Assembly (NCBI GenBank): GCA_005885165.1 | Contig: VAXR01000060.1 | Span: 1 to 38,312, forward strand | Length of the DNA: 38,312 bases | Direction of reading: 5' to 3' | DNA from: Actinomycetota bacterium | GTDB lineage: Bacteria; Actinomycetota; Thermoleophilia; Solirubrobacterales; Thermoleophilaceae | Shown: positions 31,091 to 38,312 of the stretch, in pieces | Layout of the letters: every line of letters begins with the position of its first letter | Position numbering within the stretch: the stretch's first letter is position 1 | The notes under the pieces: model-generated | Database searches by the model: none | What the model was told of the DNA's origin: nothing | Seen by the model: only the letters and a program-made list of their open reading frames with translations | Made by a program: the position numbers and the translations under genes

Positions 31091-31852
31091 GTGGTAGGGT
31101 CGCCGGCCCAGGTGGGGGAGCAAGGGGATAGCCGCTCTGGGCTCCGGCTCTTGCGGAGCGGGATTTCGCGCAGGGCTTTCCTCGAGCGCGCCGGGCTGAC
31201 GGGTGCCGCCGCGATCCTCGCCCAGATCCCGGGCTTCCTGGCAAAGCAGGGCTGGCTCGAGGCGGCGCTCGCCGCGGAGACCGACCTCACGCGCGACACG
31301 CTGAACGGGCTGGTGGCGTTCGTCGTGCCCGGGCCGGACGCCTACTCGAAGGCGCAGGGGCAGAGCTCGAAACGCCCGGGCGGCATCCAGGCGGGGACCA
31401 CCCCGGCGCTCATCGAGCTTCTCGATCGCTTCGTCGGCACCTCCGAGGGGCCGACGCTGCCCTCGTCGGGCGGCGTCGCCACGCTGCTCAACGGCCTGGC
31501 CGTCGACGTGAACCCCGCCGCGTCGAGCGGCGCGTTCCTGTCCCCGTTCGCCCGGCTCTCCTTCGCGGACAAGATCGAGGTCTTCCACCGCTTCGAGCAG
31601 ATGACCGAGGGCTCGGAGCTGCGCTTCGTGTCGGGGATCCTCATCGGCGCCGTCGCGTTCCTCGCGTACGGCGAGGCCGGTGTATTCGATCCCGCGACGG
31701 GACGGCTCAAGGGGAAGCCGGTCGGCTGGACGATCTCGAACTACTCCGGGATCGCGGAGGGCCGCAACGAGCTCAAGGGCTACTGGCAGGGGCGCCGCAG
31801 CGTCCACACGAGCAAGCGTTACCACGTCAAGCGCCACGCGAGGCATCACTGA
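31091..31852 (+). CDS. Twin-arginine-signal protein, probable small subunit/escort of the adjacent GMC oxidoreductase
   Basis: The Tat motif is GISRRAFLERAGLTGAAA. The stop overlaps the ATG of the next gene (TGATG). The start is uncertain (GTG 31091, GTG 31112 or TTG 31151). Confidence 0.6.
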   Translation: MVGSPAQVGEQGDSRSGLRLLRSGISRRAFLERAGLTGAAAILAQIPGFLAKQGWLEAALAAETDLTRDTLNGLVAFVVPGPDAYSKAQGQSSKRPGGIQAGTTPALIELLDRFVGTSEGPTLPSSGGVATLLNGLAVDVNPAASSGAFLSPFARLSFADKIEVFHRFEQMTEGSELRFVSGILIGAVAFLAYGEAGVFDPATGRLKGKPVGWTISNYSGIAEGRNELKGYWQGRRSVHTSKRYHVKRHARHH

Positions 31853-33624
31853 TGCGCGACGTGATCGTAATCGGCGCGGGCGGCGGCGGCCCGGTGGTGG
31901 CGAAGGAGCTCGCCGCCCACGGGCTCGACGTGCTGGTGCTCGAGGCGGGCCCGCGCCACCTGCGGCCTGAGCGCGAGTGGCGGCACCTCGAGAACGACGC
32001 CAACAACCCGGTGTCCGGCTACTTCCGCTGGGGGCCTGCCGACCGCGCGAAGTCCGAGTGGCTGCGCGAGACCCCGCAGAACTGCTTCGTCTGGCAGCTC
32101 TCGGGCGTGGGAGGTACGACGCAGCACTACTACGGCAACTGCCCACGCGCCGTCCCGGGCGTCTTCCACGGCTACAGGGGCAGGGACCGCTCGCGCTACG
32201 ACCGCGCGCACGAGTTCCCGTTCTCCTACAAGACCCTCGTCCCCTACTACGAGTGGGTTGAGCACACGCTGCCCGTGCAGACGGCCGCGATGGGCACGAA
32301 GGAGGAGGTCTTCCTCCACGGCGCGAGCAAGCTCGGGATCCCGGTGCAGAAGACGAAGGACGCCCTGCACGCCGCGTACAGGCCCCAGGAGAACGCGATC
32401 CTCCAGCCCCACGGCACGGCGGGCAAGACGGCCGAGCGGAACAAGCTCGTGTTCCCGAAAGCGCGCGGCTGCACCTTCTGCGGCTACTGCTTCCAGGGCT
32501 GCTTCGAGCCGCGCCACGCCCCGCGCAACCTCTTCGCCAAGCGCTCCACCGACAACAGCTACGTGCCGATGGCCCTAACCGCGGACGCCTGGTCGAAGCA
32601 CGGCAAGCGGATCACGCTGATCCCCGACGCGTTCGCCACGAAGATCGGGACGACGACCGTCGGCGGCAAGACCGTCGCGAACAGCGTCACTTGGCGGGTC
32701 GGCAAGACCGGCGAGACGTTCACCGAGGAGGCCAAGGTGATCGTCATGTCGGGCGGGACGACGGAGAACCCGCGCCTGTGGCTGAACAGCGGGCTTCCGA
32801 ACCCGAACGACTGGGTCGGCCGCGGCTACACGGACCACTACTTCGACTGGCTGATCGGCGTCATGCCCCGCTACACGGGGTCGAGCAAGGGGCCGGGCTC
32901 CTCGGCGCGCGTCGACTTCCCCGGGCACGGCGGGCTCGAGAACGTCGGGCTGCCTCCGGCGCTTCAGGCGTTCTCGGCCACGTTCTCGGACGGCGGGATC
33001 AACGACGTGTACCTGAACGGCCACCCGAAGATGCACGGCGTGGACGGCAACGGACGCCGGGTGGGCAACCTCCTCAAGCAGCTGACCCACGACGTCGACC
33101 GCCTGCTGAACGTGCTCGTGATCACCGACGACGACGTGGAGGCCCAGAACCGCGTGACGCTGTCACAGGACCTGCCGGCGGACGAGAACGGTGCGGTGCC
33201 GAAGATCGAGTTCCACTACCGCCAGCGGACGGCACGTACCCTGCGGAACCGCGAGTACCTGGCGCGGAAGGCGCTGGCGCTCCTGAAGCACGCCGGCGCG
33301 AAGCAGGTCTACCGGCTGAACTGGCCGCCGCTGATACTCCACGTCCAATCGACGATGCGGATGGGGGCGAGCCCCTCGAACTCGGTGCTCGACCGGAGCT
33401 GCGAGGCGCGCTTCGTCAAGCGGCTCTTCATCGCCGACAACTCGGCGTTGCCGAACTCGCTCGGAGGCCCGAACCCGACGCTCACCAACCAGGCGCTCTC
33501 GACGCGCACGGCCGAGACGATCTTCAGGCGCTACTTCGGCGGCCACGACTACGTGAGGAACGGACACCCGGTGCAGTCGATCGACCACCGGGTGACGCGC
33601 GCGGTGCTGAAGCGGAAGCTGTAG
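31852..33624 (+). CDS. GMC family FAD-dependent oxidoreductase
   Basis: DVIVIGAGGGGPVVAKELAAHGLDVLVLEAG is the Rossmann FAD motif. The C-terminal block is HVQSTMRMG...LFIADNSALPNSLGGPNPTLT. Confidence 0.85.
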   Translation: MRDVIVIGAGGGGPVVAKELAAHGLDVLVLEAGPRHLRPEREWRHLENDANNPVSGYFRWGPADRAKSEWLRETPQNCFVWQLSGVGGTTQHYYGNCPRAVPGVFHGYRGRDRSRYDRAHEFPFSYKTLVPYYEWVEHTLPVQTAAMGTKEEVFLHGASKLGIPVQKTKDALHAAYRPQENAILQPHGTAGKTAERNKLVFPKARGCTFCGYCFQGCFEPRHAPRNLFAKRSTDNSYVPMALTADAWSKHGKRITLIPDAFATKIGTTTVGGKTVANSVTWRVGKTGETFTEEAKVIVMSGGTTENPRLWLNSGLPNPNDWVGRGYTDHYFDWLIGVMPRYTGSSKGPGSSARVDFPGHGGLENVGLPPALQAFSATFSDGGINDVYLNGHPKMHGVDGNGRRVGNLLKQLTHDVDRLLNVLVITDDDVEAQNRVTLSQDLPADENGAVPKIEFHYRQRTARTLRNREYLARKALALLKHAGAKQVYRLNWPPLILHVQSTMRMGASPSNSVLDRSCEARFVKRLFIADNSALPNSLGGPNPTLTNQALSTRTAETIFRRYFGGHDYVRNGHPVQSIDHRVTRAVLKRKL

Positions 33625-33667
33625 GGCGCGCTTACCCAACCGCCAGCGGGGCTCAGGCCAACAGCAT

Positions 33668-33885
33668 CGATAAAGGGGCAGGGATGGTTTCGCCGCGCGT
33701 TACGTTCGTTGCCGTCTTGTAACCGGACGTTCCCCTGAGAGGGCCTCCGGCGAAGACGAGAGTCCATTACTAGGTGCTATAGCCCCTACGAATGGACTCG
33801 CGCTCTAAGGGGGCGAACGCGCGGTTACGAGATTGAGACACGGCAACGTGATTGGCGCGCGGTAACAGGCCCACTCCCTTTATCG
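33668..33885 (+). ncRNA. Candidate structured RNA, copy 2 of a two-member family (unnamed)
   Basis: Nested helices seen: 33668-77/33876-85, 33693-702/33853-62, 33707-15/33840-48, 33718-25/33822-29, 33728-35/33811-19, 33760-68/33791-99, 33771-74/33785-88. Several G.U pairs exist only on the plus strand. It is homologous to the reverse complement of 102-312. Confidence 0.45.
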
Positions 33886-33948
33886 CTTCCCTCCACCTCG
33901 GGCAATGAGGCGTTCTGCGCCGCCCAGGTGCGGCTCGCAGGGGCCCGC

Positions 33949-34755
33949 CTACAGCGGCGTCTCGTGCGAGCCCGCTCGCCCGGCGTCGCTCTTCTCGTAG
34001 AACCGCTTGAGCCGGCCCAGCGTCTCCTCCGCGTCGGCGCACGAGTAGCCGTTCAGTGCCTCGATCCGCAGCTGGTCGTCGAGCGGCCGGCCGATCACGT
34101 CGAGGATCGTCTCCTTCGCCGAGCGCACGGCGACCTGGCTGTTGCGGAGTATCTGGCGCGCCACCCGCTCGGCCTCGTCCATCAGCCGCTCGTGGGGAAC
34201 GACGCGCGACACCAGGTTGCACTGGAGCGCCCGCTGCGCGTCGATCGGCTCCGCGGTGAGGAGCATCTCGAGCGCGATCCCTGAGCCGCAGGTGTTCACC
34301 AGCCTCACGATCCCGCCGTCACCGTGGTGGTAGCCGCGGCGGGCCTCGAACGACCCGAACATCGCGCGCTCCGAGGCGATGCGTATGTCGCAGGCCAGCG
34401 CGGTCTCGAGGCCGCCGGCAAGCGCCCAGCCGTTCACCGCGGCGATCGTCGGCTTGTACGTGCGGTGCAGTCCGCGCGTCAGCCCGCCCAGCCCGGTGGC
34501 GACGTTGTCGCGCACCTTCCGGGGCGTGGCGTCCTCGATCCACGGAGGGATGAAGGTCTTGAGATCTGCACCCGCGGAGAAGGAGTCACCGGTGCCGGTG
34601 AGGATCGCGACGTCGACCGCGTCGTCCGAGGCGAAGTCCTCCCAGGTGCTCCAGAGAAGCTCGTGCGTCTCGGGATCGATCGCGTTCTTGGCCTCGGGTC
34701 GGTTGATCGTGACGTAGGCGATCCGGTCGCGCTTCTCGTAGAGCACCTTGGGCAC
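33949..34755 (-). CDS. Enoyl-CoA hydratase/isomerase (crotonase) family protein
   Basis: GTG 34755 lies 4 nt after AAGGAGGA. Blocks seen: RIAYVTINRPEAKNA, FSAGADLK, AAVNGWALAGGLE. Confidence 0.85.
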   Translation of the reverse strand: MPKVLYEKRDRIAYVTINRPEAKNAIDPETHELLWSTWEDFASDDAVDVAILTGTGDSFSAGADLKTFIPPWIEDATPRKVRDNVATGLGGLTRGLHRTYKPTIAAVNGWALAGGLETALACDIRIASERAMFGSFEARRGYHHGDGGIVRLVNTCGSGIALEMLLTAEPIDAQRALQCNLVSRVVPHERLMDEAERVARQILRNSQVAVRSAKETILDVIGRPLDDQLRIEALNGYSCADAEETLGRLKRFYEKSDAGRAGSHETPL

Positions 34756-34768
34756 GGCGTCCTCCTTG

Positions 34769-36307
34769 CTACTTTGCGGGCACGGCGGACTCGACCGGGG
34801 TGGCGAGCGCCGTGGGCTCGGAGCGACCGCGGAGCACGACCTCCTCGCCGAGCTCCCAGCGCGCGGCCTCCTCGGTGCTCGCCCGCCCGATCGCTCGGCT
34901 CGAGGCAAGGACGCGCGGCCTGCGCTCCTTCGCCAGCTCGGACAGGCGCGCTGCCTCGTTCACCGGATCTCCGATCACGGTGTACTCGAAGCGCTCGGCC
35001 GCGCCGACGTTGCCCGCCACGACCTCGCCCCCCGAGACGCCGATCGCGGCGTCCAGCGGGCTCTCGGCCTCGAGGCGCTGGGCGAGCTCGCGCGCGGCGG
35101 CGAGCGCGTGGCCGGCGGCGTCGTCGAGCGGGGTCGGCACGCCGAACACGCACACGGCGGCGTCGCCCTCGAACTTGTTGACCCAGCCGCCGTGGTTCCG
35201 CACGACGTCGAGCACCAGGCCGAAGAACGCGTTGAGCCGGCGCACCACCTCGTGCGGAGGCGTGCTCCCGGCGAGCGCCGTCGATCCGACGACGTCCACG
35301 AACAGCACCGCGGCCTCCCGCACCTCGCCGCCGAGCTCTACCCCGGCCTCGAGCGCCTGGCGCGCGACGTCCTCGCCCACGTGGCGGCCGAAGAGATCGC
35401 GCAACCGTTCCCGCTCCCTGAGCCCGGCCGCCATCCGGTTGAACCCGGCCTGGAGGAGGCCCACCTCGCTCGCGTCGTCGACCGGCACCTCCACGTCGGT
35501 CACGCCCTCCTCGACGAGGGCGAGCGCGCGGCGCACGGAGCGAACCGGCTCGGCGATCGACTTGGCTGCTAACACGATCGCCAGCGCGCCCACCGCGATC
35601 CCGATCGCCGAGAGGAGGATGATGCTCCAGGCGGTGGCCTTGCTGCGCGGCGTGTCGCCGTTGATCATGCCCTCGGCCACGAAGGCGATCGCGAAGATCG
35701 GAACGCCCGTCGCGAGGGCCCACGCGAGGACGGTGCGCGCGATCACCCCGGGGACGACCGGCTGCATCGGCACACCGGACTCGAGCGCGCGCCGGGTCAC
35801 CGGTCGCACGACGCGCTCACCGAGCAGGTACGAGACCGCCCCGGTCACGAGGCCCCCCATGACGATGCCCGAAGCCACGTTGATCGCGATCTGGACCGAG
35901 AAGTGCAGGTTGATCAGGCCGAACACGACCGCGGCGGCCGCCCAGATCCCGCCGACGACCTTGAGTTGCACGAGCGGGTTGCGCAGCACGCGCCGCCGCT
36001 CCTCCGGCGTCGGCACGCGCTCCTCCTGCAGCCACCGGAGTCGCGGCAGGGAGATCGACCGGCCCCACCGCGGGCCGACGTAGGACGCCGCCAGCCCGAA
36101 GATCGCGAATGCCGGGCCGTTCCACAGGAACACCTCGCCTACGGGCGGCGGGTGCCGGACCGGAAGGATCAGCGTGAGGAAGACGAACACGATCAGCGCG
36201 CCCACGCAGTTGGAGACCGACATCGCGATCGTGAAGTCGCGGATCGTGCGCGCGCGCAGCTCCCGGCCGGTCAGCCGCTCATCCGCCGTCTTCGCCCCTG
36301 CGTGCAT
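34769..36307 (-). CDS. Membrane-bound class III adenylate/guanylate cyclase with HAMP domain
   Basis: The product has multiple N-terminal TM helices and a HAMP-like linker (AEPVRSVRRALALVEEG...GLLQAGFNRMAAGL). The cyclase domain shows AAVLFVDVVGSTAL, KFEGDAAVCVFG, GNVGA and IGDPVNEAARL. Confidence 0.85.
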   Translation of the reverse strand: MHAGAKTADERLTGRELRARTIRDFTIAMSVSNCVGALIVFVFLTLILPVRHPPPVGEVFLWNGPAFAIFGLAASYVGPRWGRSISLPRLRWLQEERVPTPEERRRVLRNPLVQLKVVGGIWAAAAVVFGLINLHFSVQIAINVASGIVMGGLVTGAVSYLLGERVVRPVTRRALESGVPMQPVVPGVIARTVLAWALATGVPIFAIAFVAEGMINGDTPRSKATAWSIILLSAIGIAVGALAIVLAAKSIAEPVRSVRRALALVEEGVTDVEVPVDDASEVGLLQAGFNRMAAGLRERERLRDLFGRHVGEDVARQALEAGVELGGEVREAAVLFVDVVGSTALAGSTPPHEVVRRLNAFFGLVLDVVRNHGGWVNKFEGDAAVCVFGVPTPLDDAAGHALAAARELAQRLEAESPLDAAIGVSGGEVVAGNVGAAERFEYTVIGDPVNEAARLSELAKERRPRVLASSRAIGRASTEEAARWELGEEVVLRGRSEPTALATPVESAVPAK

Positions 36308-36463
36308 AAGGAGGTTGTACCGCGCGGGGGTCCCTTACCCGCCCCTTCGAATTCTGTCGGCTGAAGACTTTGGTGTGCCAGAGCACCGAAAACCCTTCAG
36401 CCAAGGAGGGTTGGGCCGGGATGGCAGCAGGGCGGATGCCCCTGGCGAGGTAGCCTGCCGGAC

Positions 36464-37723
36464 ATGGACTTCTCTCCTTCCCCACGGGTCGAGGAGCTGC
36501 GCGAGCGCATAGCGGCGTTCCTCGACGAGCATCTCTATCCGGTCGAGCTCGAGGCGCTGCGCGCGCTCGACGAGGAGGTCGGGCCCGGCGTGCCCTACCC
36601 GCAGATCCTCGTCGACATCCGCGAGCGGGCGAAGGCCGAGGGGCTGTGGAACCTGTTCCTGCCGGACGAGGAGCACGGGACCGGGCTCACCAACTGGGAG
36701 TACGGGATGCTCTGCGAGGCGATGGGCCGCAGCCTGGTGGCGCCGATGGCCTTCAACTGCTCGGCGCCCGACACCGGCAACATCGAGATCCTCGTCGACC
36801 ACGGCACCCCCGAGCAGAAGGAGCGCTGGCTTCGGCCGCTCCTCGACGGCGACATCCGCAGCTGCTTCTCGATGACTGAGCCGGAGACCTCGGGATCCGA
36901 TCCAACCGGGCTGCAGGGCCGCGCCGTGCTCGACGGCGACGAGTGGGTGATCGATGCCCACAAGTGGTTCACGTCGGGCGCTGTCGGCGCGGACGTGGCC
37001 ATCGCGATGGTCGTGACCGATCCCGACGCACCCCCGCACAAGCGGGCAAGCATGATCCTCGTCCCGACCGACGCTCCTGGCTTCAACCTGATCCGGCCGG
37101 TGTCGGTGATGGGTCACGACGGCGGCCCCGGCCACTGCGAGATCCGCTACGAGTCCTGCCGGGTGCCGAAGGAGAGCCTCCTCGGCGAGCGCGGTGCAGG
37201 CTTCCTCATAGCCCAGGACCGGCTCGGCCCCGGCCGCATCCATCACTGCATGCGCGCGATCGGGGCTGCCGAGCGCGCGATCGAGCTGATGTGCCGTCGC
37301 GCGAACGAACGGCATTCCTTCGGCGGCCCGCTCGCCGAGAAGCAGTTCGTGCAGGACTTCGTCGCCAAGTCGCGGATCGAGACGGACGCCGCACGCCTGA
37401 TGGTCCTGCACGCAGCGTGGAAGATGGACACGCAGGGCAAGCGGGCAGCGCGGCAGGAGATCTCGATGACGAAGGTGGTGGCGGCGAACGTCGTGATGGA
37501 CGTCCTCGACCGCGCGATCCAGGTGCACGGCGCCCTCGGGGTCTCGGACGACACGCCGCTCGCGGTGATGTGGCGCTCGCTCCGGATGCTGCGCCTGGCC
37601 GACGGGCCGGACGAGGTTCACAAGATGGTCATCGCGATGCGCGAGCTGAACCGCTGGAAGGCGCGCGAGGAGGCGCCGGCGGAGGCGCCCGCCCCGGTCG
37701 GCGCGGGCACGGGCTCCTCGTAG
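36464..37723 (+). CDS. Acyl-CoA dehydrogenase family protein
   Basis: 419 aa. Blocks seen: CFSMTEPETSGSDPTGL, KWFTSGA, RLGPGRIHHCMRAIG, ADGPDEVH. Confidence 0.85.
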   Translation: MDFSPSPRVEELRERIAAFLDEHLYPVELEALRALDEEVGPGVPYPQILVDIRERAKAEGLWNLFLPDEEHGTGLTNWEYGMLCEAMGRSLVAPMAFNCSAPDTGNIEILVDHGTPEQKERWLRPLLDGDIRSCFSMTEPETSGSDPTGLQGRAVLDGDEWVIDAHKWFTSGAVGADVAIAMVVTDPDAPPHKRASMILVPTDAPGFNLIRPVSVMGHDGGPGHCEIRYESCRVPKESLLGERGAGFLIAQDRLGPGRIHHCMRAIGAAERAIELMCRRANERHSFGGPLAEKQFVQDFVAKSRIETDAARLMVLHAAWKMDTQGKRAARQEISMTKVVAANVVMDVLDRAIQVHGALGVSDDTPLAVMWRSLRMLRLADGPDEVHKMVIAMRELNRWKAREEAPAEAPAPVGAGTGSS

Positions 37724-37738
37724 CCGGCGAACGCAGCG

Positions 37739-38312
37739 GTGATCGACGCGACGGCGAAGCGCACGGCCGATCTCGGCCTCACCGATGAGCAGCAGGACTT
37801 CGTCCGCTCGGTTCGCGACTTCTGCTCGCGCGAGTTCCCTCGCGAGCGGCTGGCGGAGATCACGGGCGACTACCACGACCTGCACTCAGCGGAGGTCGCT
37901 CGCCAGATGGCCGAGCTCGGCTGGTACGGGTTGACTATCGACGAGCGCTACGGAGGATCCGGGGGCACGTTCTTCGACGCCGCGCTCTTCCTCGAGGAGA
38001 CCGCCCAAGGGCGGGCCCCGATCGGCGGCTACCCGGTGACGCTGATCGTGGTGGGCGCGCTCAACCGGTTCGGCACCGAGGAGCAGAAGAGCGACCTGCT
38101 CGGGCGGGTGGCCGCGGGCGGCGGGCTGGCGATCGCGATGTCCGAGCCGGAGTCGGGCTCGGACGTCGCGTCGCTCAAGACGTCAGCCGCGCGCGACAAC
38201 GGCGAGTGGGTCCTCAACGGGTCGAAGATGTGGTGCTCGTACGCGCACAAGGCGAGCCACATCCTCATCGTCTGCCGCAGCGAGCGTGGCGACTCGCCGC
38301 ACGAGGGGATCT
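37739..38312 (+). CDS. Acyl-CoA dehydrogenase family protein (5' partial, runs off the window)
   Basis: GTG 37739 is the first start after the upstream TAG in the same frame. My own translation gives LTDEQQDFVRSVRDF...GWYGLTIDERYGG...AIAMSEPESGSDVASL...NGSKMWCS. It is absent from the ORF track because it has no stop. Confidence 0.75.
   Translation, partial: MIDATAKRTADLGLTDEQQDFVRSVRDFCSREFPRERLAEITGDYHDLHSAEVARQMAELGWYGLTIDERYGGSGGTFFDAALFLEETAQGRAPIGGYPVTLIVVGALNRFGTEEQKSDLLGRVAAGGGLAIAMSEPESGSDVASLKTSAARDNGEWVLNGSKMWCSYAHKASHILIVCRSERGDSPHEGI

Noticed and set aside
33674-33900. tmRNA-like 5' string GGGGCAGGGATGGTTTCG and a downstream CCCTCCACC
   Set aside because: At about 220 nt it is far too short. 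It has no T-arm (GGTTCGAnTCC), no tag-peptide reading frame, and no 3' ...CCACCA in the right place.
36308-36314. Perfect AAGGAGG on the plus strand immediately next to the cyclase start codon
   Set aside because: No usable start codon lies at a proper distance (TTG directly abuts it). The downstream frame is not coding-like and terminates quickly.

Overview
This is a 38.3-kb, very GC-rich, gene-dense chromosomal segment. Gene content suggests an actinobacterium, but that is inference only: AdnAB/AddAB-type helicase-nuclease, CysO-CysM-Mec, WS/DGAT, FxsA, many GTGA/ATGA start-stop overlaps. I support about 35 protein-coding genes by reading the supplied translations. They include two tandem GH76-like genes, a penicillin-acylase-family Ntn hydrolase, a two-subunit helicase-nuclease, ExoVII (xseA/xseB), a thermonuclease, ispH, WS/DGAT, an SCO1/SenC copper chaperone, a protein-thiocarboxylate cysteine pathway (E1 + cysO + cysM + mec), tatA, a Tat-signal protein plus GMC oxidoreductase pair, a membrane class III adenylate cyclase, and acyl-CoA metabolism genes. 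I saw no rRNA, tRNA, CRISPR array, transposase or integrase. Most long ORFs in the six-frame track are Arg/Pro/Gly-rich shadow frames of real genes.

Observations most worth a second look:
1. Two diverged, oppositely oriented copies of a ~210-nt element with nested helices and compensatory base-pair changes sit in two unusually long, A/T-richer convergent spacers (102-312 and 33668-33885). This is a candidate undescribed structured-RNA family.
2. The sulfur-carrier E1 gene is broken by a perfect 93-bp inverted copy of an internal piece of the neighbouring SCO gene. The copy replaces the ATP-binding Rossmann segment.
3. CysO carries a GG-SPG tail, and the E1 has its rhodanese domain at the N-terminus.
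4. A ferritin-like gene has an in-frame TAG.
5. A HAD hydrolase gene has no stop at its expected end and reads about 1.1 kb antisense through its neighbours.
6. A 37-nt palindromic element occurs twice, and a 15-nt motif is shared upstream of the E1 gene and cysM.

All homology calls come from motif and family recognition by eye. No database search was run.
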